Shown here: in pieces, positions 1 through 8,183 of the stretch | Layout: every line of letters begins with the position of its first letter | Position numbering within the stretch: position 1 is the stretch's first letter | DNA from: an uncultured Actinomycetota bacterium | Lineage (GTDB): Bacteria > Actinomycetota > Actinomycetes > Mycobacteriales > Mycobacteriaceae | Assembly: GCA_963728815.1 (NCBI GenBank) | Contig: CAVSLH010000013.1 | Location: forward strand, 70,080-102,079 | Direction of reading: 5' to 3' | DNA length: 32,000 nucleotides | Notes under the pieces: generated by a model | What the model was told of the DNA's origin: nothing | Database searches by the model: none | The model's input: the letters and a program-made list of their open reading frames with translations, nothing else | Translations under genes and position numbers: made by a program

Positions 1-1
1 A

Positions 2-997
2 CGTTACCCACTGACGCTCGATTGGCTCATCCCGCTGACCCGTTTCACCGACATCGCCTGCCCACACTGTGGTGCCGATGAGCGACTCGTCGCGACGAAG
101 ACGCGGCTCGGGTGCGCCAGCTGCGTTGCCCGACGGATCGCCCGGCTCGTGCCCGAGCCCGCGAGACCGCCGGCTGACCCGAAGTTCCGGCCAGCCGCGA
201 AGGCGAAACAGGTTGTCACGCAACCGCCGGCACCGAGGCAGCATCCGTCGCCGGTGCGCACCGATCCCAGCCCGACGCCGGCCAAGCTTCCGAAACTCGG
301 CGACAAGCTGATCGGAAAGGTGTGGGACGCGGTGGTCCGCAACGACCGGCGGCTGGCGCGTATCTGTGCGCCGGATTCGCCCGCGGCGGCGGCGATCCGG
401 CTGTACGGTCCGTCGGGCGCCGCCTGGGCGGTCGGGATCCCGCCGACCGAGGACCTGGTCGCCGTCACCGCCCGCACGACAACGGCGTCGTCGGGCGTAC
501 GCCATGCGTCCAACGGCTACGTGGATACCGCGGCGAGACATCGCTTCCCGTTCCTGCTCCGGTGGCAGACGGCGGGGGGCACAGGACAGATCGACGAGAT
601 CCTGCCCCACGACTGGCCGTTCGAGCCGGCGCACCTGAGCCGATGGGTGCTGGGACCCGGCCGGACGGGTGTGCACGCGCCGCCGCAACCCCGGATCCCG
701 CTCGGCCCTGTCGGCGAACTGCTGTGGCGGCGCGTGATTCCCACGTTTGGCCTGCCCGGCGTGCTGCGCTGCCTCGCCGCGCTGTGGCGGCTGCCCGACG
801 AGGACGTCTTCCTCGATTCGCACGGCCCCGCGGCGGTCGCGGCCGGAATCGAACGAATGGTGTGCCAACGAGCGAACCTGACAACCGGCCGCTTCGCTGA
901 CATGGCTGCCGCCTACCGCGTCACCGAAGCCGCGGTGCGCGCCGCCGACGCCGACCTGCAGAAGTGCCTCCGGCTCGGCCCGGAGAGGTGGTGGTAG
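2..997 (+). CDS. Hypothetical protein, 5' end outside the window; zinc-ribbon-like CxxC...CxxC near the window edge
   Basis: The frame of ORF 149..997 stays open back to nt 2 (RYPLTLDWLIPLTRFTDIACPHCGADERLVATKTRLGCASCVARR...). It contains a CPHC-x14-CASC pair, a Pro-rich linker and then a globular-looking C-terminal half. I recognise no family. Confidence 0.5.
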   Translation, partial: RYPLTLDWLIPLTRFTDIACPHCGADERLVATKTRLGCASCVARRIARLVPEPARPPADPKFRPAAKAKQVVTQPPAPRQHPSPVRTDPSPTPAKLPKLGDKLIGKVWDAVVRNDRRLARICAPDSPAAAAIRLYGPSGAAWAVGIPPTEDLVAVTARTTTASSGVRHASNGYVDTAARHRFPFLLRWQTAGGTGQIDEILPHDWPFEPAHLSRWVLGPGRTGVHAPPQPRIPLGPVGELLWRRVIPTFGLPGVLRCLAALWRLPDEDVFLDSHGPAAVAAGIERMVCQRANLTTGRFADMAAAYRVTEAAVRAADADLQKCLRLGPERWW

Positions 998-1321
998 CCC
1001 GGGACACCACCACCCTGTTCGCCGCGCTGGGCGTGCTCACCGGCGTGGTGATCGGACGATTCCCGGCACAGACACGTGAGCTTGCTGACGAGTCGCTGAT
1101 ATGCCCCCTGGGTGCGTCCAGCCTGTCGCAAGCATCGAAGGGTTCAATCCCAGTGTCGCGCACCACTGTTTTACAGGTCACAGGTGATTTTTGAGCCAAG
1201 GACTGCGAGGCGTGAACTCCTCGTGAACTCCAGCGCCGCGACGGTGCTCGGGCTATGCGCGCCAGCATTGCCGCGAAGATACGAGCCGCGGCGGTCGCAG
1301 TGATCGCTGAATAGAGCGACG

Positions 1322-1791
1322 TCAGCCGACGACGGGACCGGGGTCGGGAGTCAGGACGTAGAACTTCTCTGTCCACTCCTCACGGGTGTGGTGGTCGACT
1401 TTGACGCGCCAGGTGTACGTCCGGTTCGGCGACAATGGCAGGCCGCCGGCGAAGTACAAGACGAACTGGCTAGTCGGCCGGAGGGTATTCGGTGGAACGT
1501 GTGCACCGCGAACGATCGCTGGTTTCAATGGGTCAGCGGACCGAGCCGCAGAAATTGTTGTCCCCCCGGCGTGGAGAGCGTCACGAGGCTTCCATCGTCG
1601 TTCTCCAGGGCAAGCTCGATGGCCGGTGCCTCACCAACGAACCTTGGGGGGAAAGCGACAGTGGCGATCACGGCATGGGGAATGGTGGCCCCCACGTTCG
1701 GATCGAACGCCATCATCGTGATGCCGACGCCGATGATATTCAGTTTGCCGTCGGCCCCGCTGTTGGCGAAATCAGCGAGCATGACCCGCAC
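1322..1791 (-). pseudogene. DUF6941-like small protein split over two reading frames (88 aa + 68 aa)
   Basis: ORF 1525..1791 (MRVMLADFANSGADGKLNIIGVGITMMAF...) ends at TGA 1527-1525. Coding continues in another frame (1322..1528, ...QFVLYFAGGLPLSPNRTYTWRVKVD...). Joined, they give about 155 aa with the layout I associate with DUF6941. A C6/G6 homopolymer lies at 1562-1567, inside the stretch where both frames are open. Confidence 0.5.
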
Positions 1792-1808
1792 TAATAGTAG
1801 CTGCGAAC

Positions 1809-2084
1809 CTAGGTACGGGATGGCGTCAGATCCGCCAGCGTGGCGAGGTCTTCAACGACGGTGCGCCGCTCCTCGGCGTCGAACGCATCCTCATCCACCA
1901 TGGCCTGAACGGCGGCACGAAGCTCCTCCGGGATGGGCTTACGCGCTTGGGCGGCCATCTCGACCAGAGTGACAACGGCAGCGATTTCCTCGCCAGCGCG
2001 AATCATCCCAGTGATGCTGTCATCGCCTGGCGTGATAATGGCCACGAGCCGCTCGGCAATCTGCTTGTCGTCCACGTTTCTCAT
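1809..2084 (-). CDS. Putative immunity protein for the adjacent EndoU toxin
   Basis: 91-aa acidic protein. Its ATG (2084-2082) lies 1 nt after the TAG (2088-2086) of the upstream EndoU gene, which is the usual toxin-immunity arrangement. No recognisable motif, so the function is inferred from position only. Confidence 0.55.
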   Translation of the reverse strand: MRNVDDKQIAERLVAIITPGDDSITGMIRAGEEIAAVVTLVEMAAQARKPIPEELRAAVQAMVDEDAFDAEERRTVVEDLATLADLTPSRT

Positions 2085-2085
2085 G

Positions 2086-2670
2086 CTACGGCTCTTGGGG
2101 ATAGGCGGTCCAAAGCTTCGGCGGCCCTAGCCGTCCGCGCACAACCACAACGAGCGCGACGTCGTTTACCGTGCCGTGGAAATAGAGCGCGGCGCCTTTG
2201 CGGCGGATATGCCTGATCGAGGATGTATCTTTGAGGACCTGCTCAATTGCGGCCTTGACGACGTCGCGCGTCCATGACTGCGGAAATTCCGCTTTGCCCT
2301 TGCCGGCGCCATAGCCATGCCCACCAGACCATGTCTGGCCATGCCTGCGGGGTTCGCCAACCATGATGTGGTCTAGCCGCTCCTCGGTGACCTCAGGCGG
2401 ATGCTCCGGGGTGAACGGCACCTCGCCGCCACCCTCCACAGGTGGGTAGCGCGGAGGGTCGCCGCCAGCTGCGGCCGCCGTGCGGCCTGCAAGTGGTTTG
2501 TCGCCGAGATGGCCGCCGGTGGTCGCGGGTGCTTGTAGCCGCTCGGTCGATGAAGGGCTTCGTTTCGGCTTGTTCGGGCCTTCGCTGCGCTGCGGCACTA
2601 TATCGATGATCCCAACGACAGGGTCAACGTTCGTTGCCATCGATTGACGAACACTGCATGCCCTCACCAC
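2086..2670 (-). CDS. Stand-alone toxin with a C-terminal bacterial EndoU nuclease domain
   Basis: The C-terminal 100 aa read LDHIMVGEPRRHGQTWSGGHGYGAGKGKAEFPQSWTRDVVKAAIEQVLKD...VALVVVVRGRLGPPKLWTAYPQ. This matches the EndoU_bacteria pattern H-I..G...GGH..G.G.GK.eFP..W...i..aI..vl ... TAYP. The N-terminal 95 aa or so are Pro/Gly-rich and look disordered. The start is either GTG 2670 or ATG 2640. Confidence 0.8.
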   Translation of the reverse strand: MVRACSVRQSMATNVDPVVGIIDIVPQRSEGPNKPKRSPSSTERLQAPATTGGHLGDKPLAGRTAAAAGGDPPRYPPVEGGGEVPFTPEHPPEVTEERLDHIMVGEPRRHGQTWSGGHGYGAGKGKAEFPQSWTRDVVKAAIEQVLKDTSSIRHIRRKGAALYFHGTVNDVALVVVVRGRLGPPKLWTAYPQEP

Positions 2671-2709
2671 ACGAACTGCGCACGCAGCGTATCGATTACA
2701 GCCGACAGC

Positions 2710-3172
2710 TCAGCGCGTTGCCCGATAGCGGTGCGGCCGGCCGGGCAACCGGACGACACCGAGCATTTTCGCCGGGGGGGCGAGGGCGGCGAGCCGCTCG
2801 ATCCTGCCAGGTTCGCGCTGGTGCAGCGCCTCGAGGATCACGTCGGGATCGGAGAGTGCGGAGAAATCCGGCACGCCAACTCGACACGGGCCTCCGACGT
2901 CGCTGCTGCGCACGGTTCCCAGCGCAATCAGCGACCAACACATATAGGTCGTAATCAGCGGCCCAACGGTTGCCCGTCCAAGACTTACGCAGCATGGCAA
3001 TCACTGCCCAGGACTTCCCGTGCCGTCGGACGGCACGAACAGCCGACGCCTCTGGTCGCAAGGGTGCGGTGCGCCCAAACCTGCTATGCCGACGCGAGAA
3101 TTCGACGGTATCTCGGCAGGCGTGAACCGCGGCCCAGCCAATCCGCGTAGCATAATCGAATATGTACGACAT
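2710..3172 (-). pseudogene. Unknown-function gene, probably frameshifted
   Basis: One minus frame has strong third-position GC from about 2950 to 2710 (...LIALGTVRSSDVGGPCRVGVPDFSALSDPDVILEALHQREPGRIERLAAL...). Upstream, the coding-like signal (MSYIFDYATRIGWAAVHACRDTVEF...) is in a different frame starting at ATG 3172. No single ORF spans both parts and I recognise no family. Confidence 0.3.
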
Positions 3173-3246
3173 GCCCGAGATCGTGTCGGTCTCACGCCAC
3201 CTACTCGCGATCTGATATGGGCGGCATTTTGTCAAGTGGGCAGGGT

Positions 3247-3284
3247 GAAGCGGCGGCCGCAACCGTCGTTGGGGCCGCCGCTTC
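3247..3284. terminator. Perfect 12-bp GC-rich hairpin (terminator-like or insertion-target palindrome)
   Basis: GAAGCGGCGGCC (3247-3258) and GGCCGCCGCTTC (3273-3284) are exact reverse complements separated by a 14-nt loop. There is no U-tract, which is common for mycobacterial terminators. Confidence 0.45.
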
Positions 3285-3289
3285 GTTGA

Positions 3290-4700
3290 CCGGATGAGTC
3301 CTCGGAGACGTCGAGCGTGTCGTATCGACGCGTGTCAAGTCTGATATGCGCGGGTTGGTTACCGCAGGACGGGACTTTCGAGTCGGAGTGGGGCCGCTTG
3401 TCTAAAGGACGAGCGTCATCAGTTGTCTAGCAACGTGATTGCTCATAGGTCGCACGCGGGTCACTCCCAGACGCTTGCCGTCACCACCGAAGGTGATCTC
3501 ATCCGGACAGTTGTGAGATGTTAGTCGTCGAGAACGGCCAACGACCAGCACCAGCCGGCGAGTTCGCGGGCGATCGCCGCGTTGGCCACTACGGGGCGTT
3601 TCTTGCGTTCATCGAAACCGGACCAGCGGGCGTGCAGACGTCGGTTGGCTGCCTGGCCGCGGGCACGGGCTGCCGGGGACGCCGTCTCCCATCGTCGCCG
3701 CAGATCGCGCCCCGGCCGATACCGAGGTCGGTGATGCCAGGCCGCTTCGACCAGCAGGCGGCGGGCGTGGCTGTTGCCGGTCTTGGTGACCCCGCCTTGG
3801 GAGCGTGTTGAGCCCGAGGAGTACTCGCTAGGCACCAACCCGAGGTAAGCGCCGATCGAGCGCCCGCTCAGGCGTTGCCAGTCTCCGATTTCGACGGCCA
3901 ACCCGAACGCGGTCAACGTGGAGACCCCGCGCAGACACCCCAGCCGGGTCACCACCGGGGTGAACACCGAATCGGCGGCCATCTCAACGATCGCTTTATC
4001 GAGGCGATCACGGCGGTCCACGGCGGACACCATGGCATCGAACGCCGCGTCGTAGGCCAGCTGTCGGCCTGGCGTGGCGAAGGTGTGCGACCGCAGCCAC
4101 AGTTCGTGCTTGCCGGTCCACGCCTTCCCGCCGGAGTAAACGATCCCTTGTCGTAGAAGCAGTTTCGAGACACGATGCCGAGCTGACATCAGGTCACCAC
4201 GCACGTCGTCGCGAGCCCGCACTAAGTCTCGGGCCGCCTCCTGCTCGATGCCCGGAATCGTCACCTCCACGATCTCACCCAAGTGCAGCAACCGGGCCAG
4301 GTGCCGGGCATCGCGAGTATCGGTCTTGACCCGATCCCCCGACGGGCGCTGCAACTTCGAGGGCGCCGCCACCAAACACACGATCCCGGCGGCAAGCAGG
4401 AACCGCGCCAACCCGAACCCCGTCGGGCCGGCCTCATAGGTGACCGCCACCGGCGGCCCCGACAGACCACGAACCCATTCCAGGATCTCTTGGTGATTCG
4501 GGGTCAACCGGCGCTCGAACACCTCGCCGGTCTCACCATCCAGGCCACACCCAACCACCGATCGTGCATGCACATCCAACCCAACACTCGTACGATAATT
4601 CTTCACTGGGGCCTCCCACATCTTGTGGCTCTACCGGCCAGGACCACCCTGTCGGCAACCCACGTTCACATGTGAGCGAGGCCCCAGCCCCCCATACCGT
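3290..4700 (-). mobile_element. IS110-family insertion sequence (ends approximate)
   Basis: Single transposase ORF 3521..4621. It is flanked by about 230 nt of lower-GC non-coding DNA on its 3' side and at most 91 nt on its 5' side before the next gene start (4713). IS110 elements lack classical terminal inverted repeats, and there is no second copy in the window to define the ends. Confidence 0.5.
3521..4621 (-). CDS. IS110-family (DEDD) transposase
   Basis: 366 aa. The N-terminus has VGLDVHARSVVGCGLD and KTDTRDARHLARL (DEDD_Tnp_IS110-type). The C-terminus has GLVPSEYSSGSTRSQGGVTKTGNSHARRLLVEAAW (Transposase_20-type motif). Confidence 0.95.
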   Translation of the reverse strand: MWEAPVKNYRTSVGLDVHARSVVGCGLDGETGEVFERRLTPNHQEILEWVRGLSGPPVAVTYEAGPTGFGLARFLLAAGIVCLVAAPSKLQRPSGDRVKTDTRDARHLARLLHLGEIVEVTIPGIEQEAARDLVRARDDVRGDLMSARHRVSKLLLRQGIVYSGGKAWTGKHELWLRSHTFATPGRQLAYDAAFDAMVSAVDRRDRLDKAIVEMAADSVFTPVVTRLGCLRGVSTLTAFGLAVEIGDWQRLSGRSIGAYLGLVPSEYSSGSTRSQGGVTKTGNSHARRLLVEAAWHHRPRYRPGRDLRRRWETASPAARARGQAANRRLHARWSGFDERKKRPVVANAAIARELAGWCWSLAVLDD

Positions 4701-4712
4701 CTAAGGCACGGG

Positions 4713-4931
4713 ATGACGGCGGCGGTCCATCGGCGTATCTCGAAGCGAGACCTTCTTGTGGCCCTTCGCCACGCGGGGCTGCCGCTGGACATCCACCGCA
4801 ACCGCGCGTACTTCATCGGCATCGACAGCCGTGGTCGCGAGTTCGAGATCGTCCTGGCTGCAGATGACCGCGATGAGGATCTCTGGCACGCCATCCATGC
4901 GCTGCAAACCCGGTACCGGAAGAACTGGTGA
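4713..4931 (+). CDS. Small toxin candidate (BrnT-like), first gene of a toxin-first TA pair
   Basis: 72 aa from ATG 4713, preceded by AAGGCACGGG. The C-terminal half reads RAYFIGIDSRGREFEIVLAADDRDEDLWHAIHALQTRYR, which resembles the G.d..G..leVv......viHA...r pattern of small actinobacterial BrnT-type toxins. The stop lies 3 nt before the RHH gene. The family assignment is tentative. Confidence 0.45.
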   Translation: MTAAVHRRISKRDLLVALRHAGLPLDIHRNRAYFIGIDSRGREFEIVLAADDRDEDLWHAIHALQTRYRKNW

Positions 4932-4934
4932 CAT

Positions 4935-5282
4935 ATGAGCAATCGCAGGATCGACCCCACCAAGATCAACTTCGACGAGAACACGACCGTCGAGGTGGCA
5001 GACCTCGAGAACGAGGAGTACTACGTTGAGGGCGAGCGGCTCACGGAAGAGCGTGCCGAGCAGCTCGCCGCTGAAATGCTGGCCAGGGTCCGCGCCAAAA
5101 ACCTACGCCCCGGCGGCAAGTCACTCTCTGGCGATCAGAAGCACTCACCGGTCGCGCAAGTGCGGGTGTCAGAGCACACGCGCGACAAGCTCCGGGCGAT
5201 CGCCAAGGCGCACGGCATGAGCGTCTCGAAGTTGTCTCGAAAGGTGCTCGACGAGTTTGTCGCACGCGAGACGCCTGGGTGA
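4935..5282 (+). CDS. Antitoxin with C-terminal ribbon-helix-helix (BrnA/CopG-like)
   Basis: 115 aa. The C-terminus VAQVRVSEHTRDKLRAIAKAHGMSVSKLSRKVLDEFVARE is a typical beta-strand/helix/helix RHH. It sits downstream of a small toxin-like ORF, as in brnTA. Confidence 0.7.
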   Translation: MSNRRIDPTKINFDENTTVEVADLENEEYYVEGERLTEERAEQLAAEMLARVRAKNLRPGGKSLSGDQKHSPVAQVRVSEHTRDKLRAIAKAHGMSVSKLSRKVLDEFVARETPG

Positions 5283-6000
5283 TACGCCTGCGCGATTGAT
5301 AGCGCCTGAGATGACTGGTAGGCCAGCGCATCCGCTGCGGTGTGAAAACCCAAGTAGCGCAACAACTGTGACTCGTCGCCGACGATCGCCGCCGGATCGT
5401 CGAATTCAACCCGTCGGCACACAACCAGGTCGGCGGATCTGCGGGAAGTCCGAACCAAGCTTCATCCGACACCCGAACCGGCCGTTCGTCTGCGGAGAGC
5501 AAATCTGCCAATAGGAATCCGGTCCGTGCGGCCGGCTTCTTGTTCCCGGCAGCGACCTTCGACCCTGAACGCCTTATTGCCGCGGCCTTAACGGGTTGGC
5601 GCGCTGCAACGTTTCGTGAGGACCGATCCATAAAGTCCTCGCATTGGCGACGATTCGGCGCAGTGTGATGCGCGGCGGCACCGATACCACCATGGCCCGG
5701 TCGGGCCAGGAGAGTCTCATCACCGCCGATGGGACATCGATGCGTTGTCGCTGCAAGGCGGGCAAAAACACACCACCAACCCCGCCGTGACTCGTGGGGC
5801 GGGCGAGGCAACGGTGTCGTGAGTTAAATTAGCGCCTGGCGCTGGGCGCCCGTGCCGGGCTTCGAGGCCCGAGTTTCCGTGGGTGGCTACGGCCCACCAA
5901 CGATGTCGCCAGTTGCTCTGTTACCGAAGCACCATGCGGCTGACCGCAATCCAATCCTTGGCGCGCGTCACGCTGGTGCGTGTCGTAGCGGTGCGAGAGG

Positions 6001-7074
6001 ATGCGGGGCATGACCAGTTTGGTGGATCGGCTGGAGCGGGAGTTGTACGCGGCAGCCACCGCGCGCCCGAGGGATTCGGCCAGGTATGCGGCAGTGCTGG
6101 AGCGAGCGGTGCAGACGTGCAGCGCGGATCCGGAGGCCGCTGAGGTGCTTGACCTGGCCGACCTGTATTTCGAGTTGGCGATGGAGTACGAGACCCTGGG
6201 ACGGTGTGAGGACGCGCTGGCCGCGGCGGACGCGGCCGTCGACGCCGGGCTGCAATCGAACCCGGACCCGCGGTGTCTGCGAGCGGAGATCCTGATGCGC
6301 GCGGGCCGGGTCGCTGAGGCGGAACCGATCTGGGCGGTGGTGCTCGCAGACACGCCCGACGATGTGTGGCTGTACAACAACGCCGGGCTCGAATACGCCC
6401 ACGCCGGTGACCATGAGGCGGCGCTGCGCTGGTTGACCGATGGCCTGCGACTGGCGTTGCGCACCGCAGATCCCGAGCGGCTGGTGGATCAGCTCACCGA
6501 TCTGCGCCAGGAGAGCCTGGACAGCCTGGGCCGGCCCGCCGACGCGCTGCAGGAGCAGGCGGCCGGGTTCCTGCGCGAGAAGCAGCTAGCCCGGCCGGCG
6601 CGGTCCCCATGGGTGGAGGAGCCTGCGCCGGAACCCACCAATGGTGCGGCACCCGGTCCGGTCAACACGGTGGCGTTGGCGTGGCTGCCGGCCGGCGACT
6701 ACGAGCAGGCGGTGAAGTTGTGGCCGGAGCTGGCCGCCAGTGAGCTGGTAGCCGGCCCGGCCGGGCCGCTGCCGCACCGTCTGTACTGCCGCGCGATGCA
6801 GCAACGGCTCGTCGAGCTCTCCCAGGCGGGCCTACGCGGGTTGGCGATCGCGCCGGTGCGGGTAGCGCCGTTCACCGCGTGGTGCGCCGAACAAGGACAG
6901 CAACCTGATTCGGAGGCCCGGGCCACCTATGCCGCGCACCTGGCAGCGAACGCCGAGCCGGGTGTGGTCTCCTGGCCGCCGGGCCGCAACCAGCCGTGCT
7001 GGTGCGGGTCGGGGCGCAAGTACAAGAAGTGTTGCGCCGCACCGTCGCTCGTCGACGCGGAACCACAGCGGTGA
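6001..7074 (+). CDS. TPR-like protein with C-terminal SEC-C metal-binding motif
   Basis: 357 aa. The helical-repeat N-terminus includes LGRCEDALAAADAAVDAG and LEYAHAGDHEAALRWLTDGL. The C-terminus carries GRNQPCWCGSGRKYKKCC (nt 6997-7035), the SecA-type SEC-C motif. Confidence 0.85.
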   Translation: MRGMTSLVDRLERELYAAATARPRDSARYAAVLERAVQTCSADPEAAEVLDLADLYFELAMEYETLGRCEDALAAADAAVDAGLQSNPDPRCLRAEILMRAGRVAEAEPIWAVVLADTPDDVWLYNNAGLEYAHAGDHEAALRWLTDGLRLALRTADPERLVDQLTDLRQESLDSLGRPADALQEQAAGFLREKQLARPARSPWVEEPAPEPTNGAAPGPVNTVALAWLPAGDYEQAVKLWPELAASELVAGPAGPLPHRLYCRAMQQRLVELSQAGLRGLAIAPVRVAPFTAWCAEQGQQPDSEARATYAAHLAANAEPGVVSWPPGRNQPCWCGSGRKYKKCCAAPSLVDAEPQR

Positions 7075-8183
7075 AGACCACCCGCCTGCGGGTGGTGCTG
7101 TGCGATGTCGAGCCAGCGGTCGCCCGGGTGATCGACGTGCCCGCGTCGGCGACGCTACCGGAGCTGCACGAGTTGCTGCAGGCCGCGATCGGGTGGACCG
7201 ACTCGCATCTGCACCAGTTCGTCACGTCGGACGCGACCTACGGGATGGAGATTCCCGGCGAGGAGGTGTGGCCGGCGGATCAGCGTGACGAGACTGGCGC
7301 ACGGCTGGCCGACCTCGGCGCCAGGTTCGAGTACCTCTACGACTTCGGCGACGGCTGGACCCACGACGTCGAGGTATTCGGACCCGGCGGCCCAGCGCCG
7401 GGCTGCGTGGACGGGTACGGCGCCTGCCCGCCCGAGGACTGCGGCGGGCCCGGCGGTTACGCCGAACTGCTCGACGTACTCGCCGACCCGGCGCACCCCG
7501 AGCACGAGCACATGCACGGCTGGGTCGGCAACCGGTTGCGTCCGTTCGACCGGGCCGCCACTGACCAGCGGGTGCGCCGGGTAGTCGGTGAGGTGCCCGA
7601 AAGTGTGCGGCTACTGCTCGATCTCGCCGCCGACGGGGCCCGGCTCACTCCGGGCGGGCGGCTGCCAAGAACGGTGGTGTGCAGCATGCAACAGCACCGC
7701 CCACACTGGCACCTGCTTGGTCGGCCCGCCGCCACCGAGGATGACCTGCCGCCCCTGGGAGCGCTGCACCAGCTACTGCGCCGCGTGGGGCTGCTGCGGT
7801 TGCGCCACGGCGTGCTCACCCCCACCCGCGCAGCCGGCGACGATCTCGCCGTGGTGCGCCGGCTCAGGTCGGCGTTCGGCCCCAAGACCTTTGCCACCGA
7901 GATCACCGAACTGACAATCGGCGTACTCGCCGCGCACGGCCCCATCAACCGCGTACAGCTCGCGAGGCGGGTCCATCAGCTGCTCGGGCAGGCCTGGCGG
8001 CGCGACGGGCAACCCGTCACCGAACGTGACGTGCAGATCGCGATCGCCCAGCAGTCCCCGATCATGCGGGGACTCGACCTGATCGACGACACCGACTGGC
8101 ACGCATGGACGGTCGGCGCCTCGGCTCGATCCCTGCTCCCCCGCGCCGGCATGCCCGCTGAGATCTGGACCAACGACGAGTGA
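7071..8183 (+). CDS. pRiA4b ORF-3-like (PRiA4_ORF3 / IS1096 TnpR-like) protein
   Basis: GTG 7071 overlaps the upstream TGA (GTGA). The N-terminal domain reads RLRVVLCDVEPAVARVIDVPASATLPELHELLQAAIGWTDSHLHQF...FEYLYDFGDGWTHDVEV...CPPEDCGGPGGY, which is the hallmark of this family. Confidence 0.85.
   Translation: MKTTRLRVVLCDVEPAVARVIDVPASATLPELHELLQAAIGWTDSHLHQFVTSDATYGMEIPGEEVWPADQRDETGARLADLGARFEYLYDFGDGWTHDVEVFGPGGPAPGCVDGYGACPPEDCGGPGGYAELLDVLADPAHPEHEHMHGWVGNRLRPFDRAATDQRVRRVVGEVPESVRLLLDLAADGARLTPGGRLPRTVVCSMQQHRPHWHLLGRPAATEDDLPPLGALHQLLRRVGLLRLRHGVLTPTRAAGDDLAVVRRLRSAFGPKTFATEITELTIGVLAAHGPINRVQLARRVHQLLGQAWRRDGQPVTERDVQIAIAQQSPIMRGLDLIDDTDWHAWTVGASARSLLPRAGMPAEIWTNDE

Noticed and set aside
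964-1194. 76-aa plus-strand ORF overlapping the end of gene 2..997, with one hydrophobic helix (TTTLFAALGVLTGVVIG)
   Set aside because: Third-position GC is good only for the first 25 codons or so and then decays. There is no clear RBS spacing and no homology signal, so it is too weak to call.
3010-3040. Possible Walker-A motif (GTGKS) that appears if a 1-nt frameshift is assumed near 3025 on the minus strand
   Set aside because: It requires an invented indel. The upstream residue pattern does not fit GxxxxGK[ST], and the upstream frame is Arg-rich nonsense.
4690-4720. Sequence resembling the IS900-type insertion target (CATG-N4-6-CNCCTT on the minus strand) at the brnT-like RBS/start
   Set aside because: The two half-motifs are contiguous, so nothing is inserted between them, and both are imperfect. 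This is not evidence for the IS junction.
5829-6464. 211-aa minus ORF and other ORFs antisense to the TPR/SEC-C gene
   Set aside because: The product is Ser/Ala/Arg-rich and low in complexity, and it is antisense to a motif-bearing CDS.
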